From IMG/VR virus record IMGVR_UViG_3300029983_000007, positions 124,001 to 188,000 of that record: a DNA stretch of 64,000 nt, one strand, 5' to 3'. The position numbers and the translations under genes are program-made. Under the pieces are notes generated by a model. That model was not told the DNA's origin. It saw only the letters and a program-made list of their open reading frames with translations, and searched no databases. Of this stretch, positions 41,010 through 50,999 are shown piece after piece; positions within the stretch are counted from its first letter, which is position 1; each line of letters opens with the position of its first letter.

Positions 41010-41837
41010 TTATATAGCTAACTCCAACGGAGATTTTATTTTTTCTATTCCTTCAATTCCAATTATTTCAAAATCATTTATAGTATAATCATAGAAATTT
41101 TTATTCTCTTTTAATATTAATTGTGGTTGAATTTCTAATGGTGTTCTTTCTAATAATTCTTCTAAAGCATCAAAATGTCTATCATATACATGAAGATTTT
41201 GTGTTAAATGACAAAATTTACCAACATTATATCCTAGATGTCCAGCAATCATCATTTGAAATGCCGTATACTGACATTTGTTTATTGCGCCAGCAGTTAA
41301 ATAATCATTGGATCTTTGTGTTAATGTCATATCTAAATAATATTCATTGTTTATTTTTCTAACTGACCATAATGTTTCATATGCACAAGGAAATAAACCT
41401 GGATTTTTAAATTCATCATATTGATACATATTAATAATATGACGACGACCAAATGGATCATTTTTTAATCCTTCTAATAATTTATTCATTAAGTCATATT
41501 TTTTAATAGTATGTCCATACCTATTTCCAATTGTTAAATCTCCAATATTCCACTCGTCCCACCATTTTATTCCAATATCATGGGCTACATCTAATGAGCT
41601 TGTTTGATTTTGATATATCCAAAATATTTCTTTTATTCCAGTTTTTATTGCTGTGTTTCTCAATGTTGGAATTGGAAATTCGCCTTTTGAAATATCATAT
41701 TCCTCAAATACTTGAGTTATAAATTTTGTATAAGCCTCTGTACCATCTTTATATCTTGGTCTTGGATTCTCATCAAAACAACCTTCAGTTTTGATTTTAT
41801 TTAAATTTTCTATGTAATATTTATCTGCTTTATTCAT
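41010..41837 (-). CDS. thyA: Thymidylate synthase
   Basis: PFGRRHI, LFPCAY, QRSNDY, NLHVYDRH, C-terminal LAI. Confidence 0.93.
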   Translation of the reverse strand: MNKADKYYIENLNKIKTEGCFDENPRPRYKDGTEAYTKFITQVFEEYDISKGEFPIPTLRNTAIKTGIKEIFWIYQNQTSSLDVAHDIGIKWWDEWNIGDLTIGNRYGHTIKKYDLMNKLLEGLKNDPFGRRHIINMYQYDEFKNPGLFPCAYETLWSVRKINNEYYLDMTLTQRSNDYLTAGAINKCQYTAFQMMIAGHLGYNVGKFCHLTQNLHVYDRHFDALEELLERTPLEIQPQLILKENKNFYDYTINDFEIIGIEGIEKIKSPLELAI

Positions 41838-41853
41838 TTTGTTATTTGCGTTT

Positions 41854-42690
41854 TTAAAAATTCATATATAATGACTCATAAATCATTGAGTCATTGCTAT
41901 TTCCTGTTACTCTTCTGAATGATGAATTACCAGATTTCAAATATTCATGATTAGTATAATTTATAGGTATTTCTATTGTGAAATCATTGCCATCTTTAAT
42001 TTTGCCATCATATGATAATATATATGTAAATTCGTTATTATTTATCCAATTGAAGAAACCATTAGTATCAAAATTACCAAAATACATACCTTTTGTTGCA
42101 TTGTAAGGTGGATCTAAATAGAAAAAATCATCTTTATTGGTATTTTTATATTCATCAAATGAACAATGTTTAAATGTGACATTATTATTGTTTAATAAAT
42201 CTGATGCGCCTAATACAATATCATAAAAAGATTTAGGATTTATGCCTGGCCTTGTAAAGTGACAACTGCTATTAAATTTTCCACTATTGTTATACCTTGG
42301 CATACCATTTGTAGTGGTTCTCATTATGAACATAAAATCTATTGGATTATGTTCTATATTATATCTACTTCTTATTAATTCAAAAAAATCCTTCCTGTGT
42401 TGAATATCTGAATAATTAAACTCAGTCCATAATTCAGTATATCCTTTCATTAACTCTACTGGTTTTTCTTTTATGAAATTCCATAGATTAATTAAATCTT
42501 CATTTAAGTCTGAACATTGAAATTTGTAAAATTTAGATTTATCATCTCTATTTAACAGCTCAATTAAAACAGATGATGAATCACAGAATGGTTCATAATA
42601 TGTTTCAAATGATTTATTAGGTATTTTATTGCAAATGTTTTCAGATTGTGATCTTTTAGATCCACTCCATTTTATTATTTGTTTATTCAT
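41854..42690 (-). CDS. Dam/D12-family DNA adenine methyltransferase (atypical motif I)
   Basis: IKWSGSK, YYEPFCDSSSV, SDLNEDLI, RYNNSGKFN, YLDPPY. Confidence 0.85.
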   Translation of the reverse strand: MNKQIIKWSGSKRSQSENICNKIPNKSFETYYEPFCDSSSVLIELLNRDDKSKFYKFQCSDLNEDLINLWNFIKEKPVELMKGYTELWTEFNYSDIQHRKDFFELIRSRYNIEHNPIDFMFIMRTTTNGMPRYNNSGKFNSSCHFTRPGINPKSFYDIVLGASDLLNNNNVTFKHCSFDEYKNTNKDDFFYLDPPYNATKGMYFGNFDTNGFFNWINNNEFTYILSYDGKIKDGNDFTIEIPINYTNHEYLKSGNSSFRRVTGNSNDSMIYESLYMNF

Positions 42691-43033
42691 TGTTGTCTTC
42701 TAGTAATCTCAATTTTAATTCTCTTAATAATCTATTCCAATATGGCTTAATTTCATCATAGTGTATATCTTTTATTACTGTGTTAATTTCCTTTATTGTA
42801 TTATAAGATTCAATAGGTAATGTGTAACCAGCTATTGGATAAATAATTTCAATATTACTATCACCTATTTGTATAGGTAAATATAGTTCACGTATAATAT
42901 AATTTTCTTTTAATTCTTCATCTGAAGATATATTTGTATTTATAATGTAATTTTGTATTATTTCTTCTGACTGATATCTTGTTAATCCTGATACATTTAT
43001 TTTGTATACCATTATTAATAGTTCCTTTTTCAT
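42683..43033 (-). CDS. Hypothetical protein, RxxKL tag class
   Basis: Ends LLRELKLRLLEDNNE. Confidence 0.65.
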   Translation of the reverse strand: MKKELLIMVYKINVSGLTRYQSEEIIQNYIINTNISSDEELKENYIIRELYLPIQIGDSNIEIIYPIAGYTLPIESYNTIKEINTVIKDIHYDEIKPYWNRLLRELKLRLLEDNNE

Positions 43034-43034
43034 A

Positions 43035-43214
43035 TTATAATTTATTTAATTTTTCTAATTTATCTTTTCTTGTGACTGTATCTACAATTAGAACGGTGCC
43101 TTCTGCACATTTTATTTTATCAATTATACATTTACAATTTTTTAATTCTATATTTATTTCATCTAAATCTTTTTGCTTACTATAATATCCTCCTATTAAA
43201 ATTGCTTTCATCAT
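43035..43214 (-). CDS. 59-aa hypothetical protein, RxxKL tag class (not in ORF track)
   Basis: MMKAILIGGYY...VTRKDKLEKLNKL; AAAC-N18-TATAAT at 43236-43263 upstream. Confidence 0.65.
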   Translation of the reverse strand: MMKAILIGGYYSKQKDLDEINIELKNCKCIIDKIKCAEGTVLIVDTVTRKDKLEKLNKL

Positions 43215-43267
43215 AATTCATCTATTTTTTTTTAAATTATAGTCATTAAATATATTATAGTTTAATT

Positions 43268-43297
43268 AAAAATATACAAAAATATACAAAAATATAC
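43268..43297 (+). repeat. Three tandem 10-bp direct repeats (aaaaatatac)
   Basis: Read directly; lies between divergent promoters. Confidence 0.9.
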
Positions 43298-43321
43298 AAC
43301 TAAATATTTATATATAGTGGT

Positions 43322-43450
43322 ATGAAAGCAAAAGAAATATTAGATAAATATAAAATAAGTAGAAATACTTTATGTAATTGGGTTAAAAAAGGATTGATTG
43401 AAGTAGATAAAACTCCATCTGGTAGATATATTTACATAGATGGAAAATAA
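43322..43450 (+). CDS. 42-aa MerR-like winged HTH resembling the IS607 TnpA DNA-binding domain (not in ORF track)
   Basis: MKAKEILDKYKISRNTLCNWVKKGLIEVDKTPSGRYIYIDGK. Confidence 0.7.
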   Translation: MKAKEILDKYKISRNTLCNWVKKGLIEVDKTPSGRYIYIDGK

Positions 43451-43464
43451 CGACGACGATAAAT

Positions 43465-44394
43465 ATGAAATTCACAACTGAAGATTTTGTTATAAAATCA
43501 AAAGATGCTCATGGAGATAAATATGATTATAGTTTAGTAAATTATATAAATAAAAGAAGTAAAGTTAATATAATTTGTCCAATTCATGGAGAATTTGAAC
43601 AAATTGCATATTATCATTATTATTTTAAACAAGGCTGTCAAAAATGTAAAGTAAATAAGCAATTGACAACTGAAGAATTTATAGAAAGAGCAAAATTAAT
43701 ACATGAAGATAAATATGATTATAGTTTAGTAAACTATATAAATGCATATACTAAAGTTGATATTATTTGTAAAAAACATGGAATTTTTTCAATTCGTCCT
43801 GCTGATCATATTAATAATAAGAAAATTAATTGTAGTATGTGTAGTTTAGGATATAAAAAAAATAATAAAATTACAACTGAAGAATTTATTAAACATGCTA
43901 ATGATGTTCATCATTATAAATATAATTATTCAAAAACAAATTATAAAAATTCAAAATGTAAAATAACAATAATTTGTGAAAAGCATGGTGAATTTGAACA
44001 AAATGCTTCAAGTCATATATCAGGTAAAGGTTGTCCTAATTGTAATACAAGTTTAGGCGAAAATAAAATAGAGAATTATTTAAAAAATAATAATATTGCT
44101 ATTGAAAAACAAAAAAAATTTGAATTATGTAAAAATATTAATTATTTGCCTTTTGATTTTTATTTAACTGATTTTAATATTTGTATTGAGTACGACGGTA
44201 TTCAGCATTTTGAAGTAATTGAATATTTTGGAGGTGAAAATAGTTTAAAAGAAAATAAAATAAGAGATAATATAAAAAATGAATATTGTAAAAATAACAA
44301 TATTCATTTAATTAGAATCTCTTATAAAGAAAAAATAGAAGAAAAATTAAATCACGAATTAGCTAATTTTTTAAATAATTCAGATCTTTTTTGA
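43465..44394 (+). CDS. Homing-endonuclease-like protein (three DUF723-like repeats plus Vsr/DUF559-like nuclease)
   Basis: TTEEFI..A...H..KYDYS.V.Y...IIC..HG.F three times; SLGE, LPFDFY, IEYDGIQH, D..KN.YC...I.LIRI. Confidence 0.75.
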   Translation: MKFTTEDFVIKSKDAHGDKYDYSLVNYINKRSKVNIICPIHGEFEQIAYYHYYFKQGCQKCKVNKQLTTEEFIERAKLIHEDKYDYSLVNYINAYTKVDIICKKHGIFSIRPADHINNKKINCSMCSLGYKKNNKITTEEFIKHANDVHHYKYNYSKTNYKNSKCKITIICEKHGEFEQNASSHISGKGCPNCNTSLGENKIENYLKNNNIAIEKQKKFELCKNINYLPFDFYLTDFNICIEYDGIQHFEVIEYFGGENSLKENKIRDNIKNEYCKNNNIHLIRISYKEKIEEKLNHELANFLNNSDLF

Positions 44395-45572
44395 TTTGTT
44401 ATACCAATTTCGTAATTATCTCTTATATGTTCAAATAAATTTTCTCCATGCTCTTTTATTTTTTCTGGATTATCAACGTAATATTGCATAATCTCTTTCC
44501 AACGTAATGGACTATCTTTATCTTCATCAACTAAGAATCCTTTTTGTTTTCCATCAATTTTACCTTCAATGTCATCAATTGTGTAAGGACCGTAATTACT
44601 ACATATAATTGGACAATGATGAGCTCCAGCTTCTACTACTTTCAATTGACTTTTTACCATATTAAAAGAATTGTGACCCTTTAATGGAGTTATAACTACA
44701 TCTGCATCATTGTACATTGTACCGTATAATAATATTGGTTTAGTGAAACGTCTTTGGTAAAACTCATCTTTAAATTCATCATTGACTCCATAGTTATCTC
44801 TTCCATTGTCATCTCCTTGTCTGAGCCATGTGTTATATTTACCATTTAAAATATATCTATAATTATTTGTAAATATTGATTCAAAAAATGTCCATGGACT
44901 TCTATTTATATTATCCTTTATTATTCCATTAGGAGTAGACATACGCAAATCAAATCCACACATAAACATTTGAGAATTTTTTATGAATGATTTGTCTAAT
45001 TTTTCAAAAGATGTTTTTAATAATCTTAAATCTACAAGGTGTGTTATTCCACCTCCCCATAAAAATCTAACTTTATCTGAAGGCTTTTTATTTGAACACC
45101 ATTGTTGCTCTTTTAAGTTGACAGAATTTGGAGCTATTAATATATTGCTATTAAACTCTCTAATTTTATCTGCTAAAATTTCAGTTGTGGTTGTTATTGC
45201 ATCAGCATCACGAAGTTGCTGTTCTATAATAGATTGAGAATTATTTTGCTTCCATAGCCTATAATTAGGGTGGTCATTAGATAAAATCCAATAGTCATCT
45301 ACATCATATACTTTTTTTATATTGTGCTTTTTAATGATAGCATCAAACACATCTTTAGCTCTTGGTTCAGGAAAAGGAATTGGTTTATTGAATACTATAA
45401 TCTTATATTGACTTAGAAAATTCTCATCAAATAATGGTAGTGTACTATCCATAAATAATCTAATATCTACTTGGATATCAGGATCATTGAAGCATGAGTA
45501 TGGTGATAACAATCTCCACATACCAACACCATCGCAATCTGAGTTAAGAACTAAAACTTTAAATTTGTTCAT
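44352..45572 (-). CDS. GT-B (GT4-like) glycosyltransferase
   Basis: DGVGMWRL, YDVDDYW, ADAITTTT, WGGG.TH..DL, FN.VKSQLKVVEAG...PIICS. Confidence 0.8.
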   Translation of the reverse strand: MNKFKVLVLNSDCDGVGMWRLLSPYSCFNDPDIQVDIRLFMDSTLPLFDENFLSQYKIIVFNKPIPFPEPRAKDVFDAIIKKHNIKKVYDVDDYWILSNDHPNYRLWKQNNSQSIIEQQLRDADAITTTTEILADKIREFNSNILIAPNSVNLKEQQWCSNKKPSDKVRFLWGGGITHLVDLRLLKTSFEKLDKSFIKNSQMFMCGFDLRMSTPNGIIKDNINRSPWTFFESIFTNNYRYILNGKYNTWLRQGDDNGRDNYGVNDEFKDEFYQRRFTKPILLYGTMYNDADVVITPLKGHNSFNMVKSQLKVVEAGAHHCPIICSNYGPYTIDDIEGKIDGKQKGFLVDEDKDSPLRWKEIMQYYVDNPEKIKEHGENLFEHIRDNYEIGITNQKRSELFKKLANS

Positions 45573-45678
45573 TTAATTAATATTATTATTTTTTGTGTAA
45601 TATTATAATAAAAAGTTGGATATTGATGATTTGTGATATTAAACTTTTTATATATGTTATTATAAAATAAAAAAAATG

Positions 45679-47585
45679 AAAAGTTTATGTTAATAACAAA
45701 AGAAATTGAAATTTTCAATAAAATTATACCTATATCTGAATTGTCTTTACATAGTCATAAAAAAATTGTGGTTAAATGTGATAATTGTGATACTATTAAA
45801 GAGATTACATATCAATCTTATAATAATTCAACTAATAATAATTCAACTGATTATTATTGTCATAATAAGGAATGCATTAATAAAAAAAGAATAATATCAA
45901 CAAGAGAAAAATATGGTGTTGATAATGTTTCTCAATTAAAAATGATAAAAGATAAAAAAATACAAACATGTTTAGATAATTTTGGTGTTAAATTTCCAAC
46001 TCAATCAGATAAAGTAAAATCGAAAAGTAAAAATACAAATTTAGAGAAATATGGAGTAGAATGGCAAACTCAATCTAATAATTTTAAAGAAAAAAGTAAA
46101 ATTACAAATTTAGAAAGATATGGAACTGAAAGCGCAATGCAATCTGATATAATTAAAAATAAGGTTAAAAATACTTGTTTAATTAAATATGATGTAGATT
46201 CATATATGAAAACATATGATTTTAAAAATAAATCTATAATCACAAATTTGAAAAATTTTGGAGTAAAATATCCATCTCAAAATAATCAGATTCAAGATAA
46301 AATAAAAAAAACTAATATTATAAGATATGGTGTAGAAAGACCAACTCAAAATGAAAAAATAAAAATAAAAATAAAAAATTCATATCAGTATAATTTTGGT
46401 GTAAATAATATTAAAAATGTAAAAAATTTGAAAGATAAATTACAAAAAACTAATTTATACAGATATAATACTGATTTTTATTCTCAGTCTGAACAATATA
46501 AAAAAATAGTTAAAAATAGAAAAATTATTTTATTATCCAAAAAATACAACTTAAAAATTGAAGATATAGTAGATGATAATATTGTATTGGTTTGTGATAA
46601 ATGTGATAATAAATTTGTCGCTACATATCAACAATTATACAATAGATTTCTTTATAATACTCCTTTGTGTACTATTTGTAATCCGATTGAATCTTTGTCT
46701 TATGTTGAAACAGAATTTCAAGAATTTATTTCAAAAAATTATAATGGAAAAATATTTTTAAACAATAGAAAAATAATTAAGCCTAATGAATTAGATGTTT
46801 ATTTACCTGAATTAAATTTAGCGTTTGAATTTAATGGATTATATTGGCATTCCGAACGTTATAAAGATGATAATTATCATTTAATAAAAACTGAAATGTG
46901 TGAAAAATTAGATATACAATTGTTGCATATTTGGGAAGATGATTGGAATTTCAAAAAAGATATAGTAAAATCAATAATATTAAATAAATTAGGTAAAAAT
47001 AGTAATAAAATATATGCCAGAAAATGTAAAATAAAAGAAATAAGTGATACTAAATTACTTAGACATTTTCTTGATACTAATCATATTCAAGGTTATATAA
47101 ATTCAAAAATTAATATAGGTTTATTTTATAATGATGAATTATTTAGCCTGATGACTTTTGGTAGCAAACGAAAGATTATGAATTCTTTGTCCAATGATGA
47201 TGAATTTGAAATCTATAGATTTTGTAATAAATTGAATACTAATATTATAGGTGGAGCTAGTAAATTGTTTTCTTTTTTTATTAAAAATTATAATTTTTCA
47301 AAAATCATAAGCTATTCTGATAGATCATATTTTAATGGTAATAATTATTTAAAATTAGGATTTAAATTTTATAGTAATACGTCTCCAAATTATTATTATA
47401 CAATAAAAGGTAAAAGAGAATATAGATTTAAATTTAGAAAAGATATATTAATTAAGGAAGGTTATGATTCTAATAAGACTGAACAACAAATTATGTTAGA
47501 TAGAAATATTTTTAGAATATATAATTCTGGTAATTTGAAATTTATATATGAAAAAAGAAAAAGTTTATGTTAATAACAAAAGAAA
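45679..47585 (+). mobile_element. Endonuclease gene bracketed by 27-bp direct repeats
   Basis: aaaagtttatgttaataacaaaagaaa at 45679-45705 and 47559-47585. Confidence 0.55.
45687..47573 (+). CDS. Free-standing homing-endonuclease-like protein (KYGV repeats, PD-(D/E)xK core, Hef-like C-terminus)
   Basis: About 9 [KR][YF]GV-type repeats; ELDVYLPELNLAFEFNGLYWH; LLHIWEDDW; YSDRS. Confidence 0.75.
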   Translation: MLITKEIEIFNKIIPISELSLHSHKKIVVKCDNCDTIKEITYQSYNNSTNNNSTDYYCHNKECINKKRIISTREKYGVDNVSQLKMIKDKKIQTCLDNFGVKFPTQSDKVKSKSKNTNLEKYGVEWQTQSNNFKEKSKITNLERYGTESAMQSDIIKNKVKNTCLIKYDVDSYMKTYDFKNKSIITNLKNFGVKYPSQNNQIQDKIKKTNIIRYGVERPTQNEKIKIKIKNSYQYNFGVNNIKNVKNLKDKLQKTNLYRYNTDFYSQSEQYKKIVKNRKIILLSKKYNLKIEDIVDDNIVLVCDKCDNKFVATYQQLYNRFLYNTPLCTICNPIESLSYVETEFQEFISKNYNGKIFLNNRKIIKPNELDVYLPELNLAFEFNGLYWHSERYKDDNYHLIKTEMCEKLDIQLLHIWEDDWNFKKDIVKSIILNKLGKNSNKIYARKCKIKEISDTKLLRHFLDTNHIQGYINSKINIGLFYNDELFSLMTFGSKRKIMNSLSNDDEFEIYRFCNKLNTNIIGGASKLFSFFIKNYNFSKIISYSDRSYFNGNNYLKLGFKFYSNTSPNYYYTIKGKREYRFKFRKDILIKEGYDSNKTEQQIMLDRNIFRIYNSGNLKFIYEKRKSLC

Positions 47586-47614
47586 CAAAAATATAATATA
47601 AATATATTAACATG

Positions 47615-47646
47615 TTTGGTAGTTAATAAAAATGGTATTATCTTTG
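47615..47646 (+). promoter_or_regulatory. Bacteroidota housekeeping-sigma (-33/-7) promoter
   Basis: TTTG-N20-TATCTTTG. Confidence 0.75.
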
Positions 47647-47729
47647 TCTTAAGTTTTAAATGTAGTATAATATTTTAAACTTTGTAGCATAGTATATAAA
47701 AATTATATTTATAAAAAACAGTAGAAAAT

Positions 47730-48446
47730 ATGAAAACTTACAAAACTATCTTTTTATTTGCTTCACTTATTGTTATAATGATACTTAGTTATTTAAATTT
47801 TAATTTGGAACATAATGAAATAACATCTAATTATGATGTTACAAATTACAATTCTGATATTAAAACTTATACTTTTTCATCAGGTGAAAATAAAACTTAT
47901 CACTCAAATGACAACTATTCAGATAATACAGATTTCATGACTAATGATTTTGGTATAGAATCAACTAATGAATCTTATCGTAATTCAATTGAAAATATTT
48001 CAACAAATCATTCTTTAAATAGTAATTATTCTGATTATAAAGAGTCATCATATTCTCACAATTCAAATAATATGAATTCTAATAATATTTCAATTCCTAT
48101 TATTAGTTCACATAGTTCACATAGTTCACCAAAAAATGTTGGCTCTGAATATTCTGAAAATTTAACATCAGTGAGTACAACAACAAGTCCAGAAATAGAT
48201 GCTGTAAATTATGCTAATGGTCCTTCAAAATGTGAACCTGTGAAATGTGGTCATAATGTGTGGATTGATGGATATTGGGAATATCATCATCATCATCATA
48301 AAACATGGATTTGTGGATATTGGAAATGGATAGATGAAGATTGTAATCCATCAGTTCCAGTTGGAGATGGTACTTTAATATTAATATCATTATTGATAAT
48401 TTATGCTCCTATAAAAATTATAAAATTTAAAAAAACAAGCAATTAA
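47730..48446 (+). CDS. Exported S/N-rich protein with WxxGxW repeats, His5 and a PID-CTERM-like sorting tail
   Basis: N-terminal hydrophobic segment; WIDGYWEYHHHHHKTWICGYWKW; VPVGDG-TM-KKT tail. Confidence 0.6.
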   Translation: MKTYKTIFLFASLIVIMILSYLNFNLEHNEITSNYDVTNYNSDIKTYTFSSGENKTYHSNDNYSDNTDFMTNDFGIESTNESYRNSIENISTNHSLNSNYSDYKESSYSHNSNNMNSNNISIPIISSHSSHSSPKNVGSEYSENLTSVSTTTSPEIDAVNYANGPSKCEPVKCGHNVWIDGYWEYHHHHHKTWICGYWKWIDEDCNPSVPVGDGTLILISLLIIYAPIKIIKFKKTSN

Positions 48447-48449
48447 AAA

Positions 48450-49676
48450 ATGAAAAAACTTTTATTATTAATATTTTTGATGACATCATTTTCAATTTTT
48501 TCAGAAAATGATAGTAACAAATTGTCGATTTCTGCTGATTGTGGATTGAATGTGTTTGATGGCGATGTTAATCAGACATATAAAGATATATTTCCAACAT
48601 CACTTTCTAATATTACTTATGGCGTTGAATTAGATTACTCTTTGACTCGTATTGGAGGAATATCTATTGATTATTTTTATGTGCCTTTTATTTCTAATGT
48701 TGGTGATTATTTGTCAATTAGAACTAAATTTGATAATATTAATTTAAATGGATATATTAATTTCACAAATCTTATATATCCTGATAAAAATTATAAGTTA
48801 TTGGTGATAGGATATGCTGGTGTTGGATTTTCAAAGTATAATTTTGATACAAAATTTATACCATTAGATAAAAATAATCATTTGAATCAAGCAACAATTT
48901 ATGGTACTCTTCAAAATCAATCAACGCCAATTAAATATGGATTAGCTGCAACTTTTCCTATCTCATTCTCTATTGAATATCCAATAACAAGTAATTTTAA
49001 CCTTGGTTGTAAAGTTCGTTATGTATATACAAATAAAGATAATCTTGAAGGACTTTTATATCAATATGCAGTTGTTGATAATAATGTTGTTTCTCCTATT
49101 CCTACTGTATATAAAGGTGTTTCTGATGATGGTATTGGTATGTGTACTTTATTTTTAAGATATAATTTCAAATCAAAGAAATCTAAATTCATTGAGATTA
49201 AAAAAGATATAGAAAGTAAATTTGAAGATAAAAATTGTTGTGGTAATACATACATAACAAATAATTATATAAATTCTAATATTTATAATGGCTGTAAAAA
49301 TTGTAATGATAGTTTAACATATGTTAAAAATAATGGAATAAATGATAATTTTGTAAATAGAATTCCAAGTGTTTACTTTGATTTCAATAAATACAATTTA
49401 GATAATGAATCATTAAAAACTATTAGTCACATAGCAGAAATCATGCACAAATATCCTAATTATAGTGTTGAAATTAGAGGTTATTGTGATTATATGGGTA
49501 ATGTACCATACAATGAAACATTGAGCTTAAACAGAGTAAATATGGTTAAAAATGTATTAATTAATAAATATAATATTTCAGAATATCATATTATTGCAAA
49601 TGGATTAGGTAAGATTGATATACCAAAGATGAAGTATAGAATTAATAGACGTTGTGATTTCTTCTTATTTAGATAA
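48450..49676 (+). CDS. OmpA-family outer-membrane protein
   Basis: Signal peptide, beta-barrel-like N-domain, SVYFDFNKY...GYCD..G...YN..LS..R...NRRCDF. Confidence 0.88.
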   Translation: MKKLLLLIFLMTSFSIFSENDSNKLSISADCGLNVFDGDVNQTYKDIFPTSLSNITYGVELDYSLTRIGGISIDYFYVPFISNVGDYLSIRTKFDNINLNGYINFTNLIYPDKNYKLLVIGYAGVGFSKYNFDTKFIPLDKNNHLNQATIYGTLQNQSTPIKYGLAATFPISFSIEYPITSNFNLGCKVRYVYTNKDNLEGLLYQYAVVDNNVVSPIPTVYKGVSDDGIGMCTLFLRYNFKSKKSKFIEIKKDIESKFEDKNCCGNTYITNNYINSNIYNGCKNCNDSLTYVKNNGINDNFVNRIPSVYFDFNKYNLDNESLKTISHIAEIMHKYPNYSVEIRGYCDYMGNVPYNETLSLNRVNMVKNVLINKYNISEYHIIANGLGKIDIPKMKYRINRRCDFFLFR

Positions 49677-49683
49677 AAAATTA

Positions 49684-49717
49684 AAAAATTTCATCATTAA
49701 AAATGATGAAATTTTTT
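49684..49717. terminator. Terminator
   Basis: aaaaatttcatcatt-aaa-aatgatgaaattttt. Confidence 0.7.
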
Positions 49718-49763
49718 AATTCAATTTTTTTTATTATCTTTGTATTATATAAAAAAATTAAAT

Positions 49764-50204
49764 ATGGAAATTAAAGAAAATAGATTATTAAAATTGAAAA
49801 TGATAACTGCTATTAATTTAATTCGTAGCGAGTTAAAACTAAGAAATTTAGATTTCACTAATAATGTTGGATTATTTGAGATAACAATTAAAGGAAATAG
49901 TTTTTTTGCTGAAATTGATGGAGGTGAAGAAATACAATGTTGGATTAGAATATCTAAAGATAATTATTTTGATTTGTGTGAAAATGGTATAAATATTTCA
50001 GATTTTATAAAAAACCTGACTATCATAATTTCTAATTTTGAGAAATTTTATAAATTAAAAGAAAATATTGATAATGAACTGTATAAGTTAAGATATAATT
50101 TTGAAAAGTGTGTTGGTGAATCTGGTATTAATAATGTAGTTGTTAACGATGATTTTTTTGATGATATGATATTTGAGAATTTAATAACTTGTTATGAAAT
50201 TTGA
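49764..50204 (+). CDS. Hypothetical protein
   Basis: Start ATG 49764; -7 box TATCTTTG at 49735-49742. Confidence 0.65.
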   Translation: MEIKENRLLKLKMITAINLIRSELKLRNLDFTNNVGLFEITIKGNSFFAEIDGGEEIQCWIRISKDNYFDLCENGINISDFIKNLTIIISNFEKFYKLKENIDNELYKLRYNFEKCVGESGINNVVVNDDFFDDMIFENLITCYEI

Positions 50205-50697
50205 AATTATGATAAATAATAATTGGTTATTTGGTATAATGATATCTGATTTCATAATTTATAATCTGACTATATTGATATTATATGGTTTTTTGACATC
50301 CATATCAGTAAGTTATTATTCATTGCCTGAAAAATTTAGAAATGTAATATTCTTACTATTTTGTTGGAGTTATGCAATGCCTGCTATGATTATGTCAAAT
50401 ACTCCTTTGATGTTTTTTTCTGGATTTTTTATATGTGGGGTAGGAATTTTTAGTGATTTTAGAATTTCAAAATATGATTCTAATATGCATCAAGTGTCAG
50501 CAGCTTTGGCTATAACATTCAGTCAATTATCTATTCTTTTAGAATTTAATCAATGGCAAGTAAATATAGTATTCTTAATACTTGGCGGTATATTATTTGC
50601 TTTAACGACAAAATTTAAACAATGGATGACAATATTAGAAATAATATCATTTTTGTGTATAGCATATGTCTTATTTCAATCCAGAATTAATACCTAA
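50194..50697 (+). CDS. Multi-pass membrane protein
   Basis: About 6 hydrophobic helices; SISVSYY, H..SA motifs. Confidence 0.7.
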   Translation: MKFEIMINNNWLFGIMISDFIIYNLTILILYGFLTSISVSYYSLPEKFRNVIFLLFCWSYAMPAMIMSNTPLMFFSGFFICGVGIFSDFRISKYDSNMHQVSAALAITFSQLSILLEFNQWQVNIVFLILGGILFALTTKFKQWMTILEIISFLCIAYVLFQSRINT

Positions 50698-50712
50698 TAA
50701 ATATCAATAATT

Positions 50713-50994
50713 ATGAAAGGAATATCAAGAAATTTTTATATGACATTAGTTGTCATTCAGATTGCATTTGTGTTCTTATGGTATGCAAATTTCAATTTGC
50801 TTTATATTCTATCTTGGATAGGAAAAGGAAGTGATTATAATCCTTTGAAGTTGTTTTTACCATTGATTGTTTATGGAGTAATTAGAATATTATATTGGTT
50901 TGCTGATCCTCTATCTGAATTATTTTCTATTATACTTAGATGGGTAGTTATTATTGGAGTTTTTTATCTTTTTTTCTGGCTTTTTCTTAAATAA
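50713..50994 (+). CDS. Small membrane protein
   Basis: Three hydrophobic segments. Confidence 0.65.
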   Translation: MKGISRNFYMTLVVIQIAFVFLWYANFNLLYILSWIGKGSDYNPLKLFLPLIVYGVIRILYWFADPLSELFSIILRWVVIIGVFYLFFWLFLK

Positions 50995-50999
50995 TTAAA

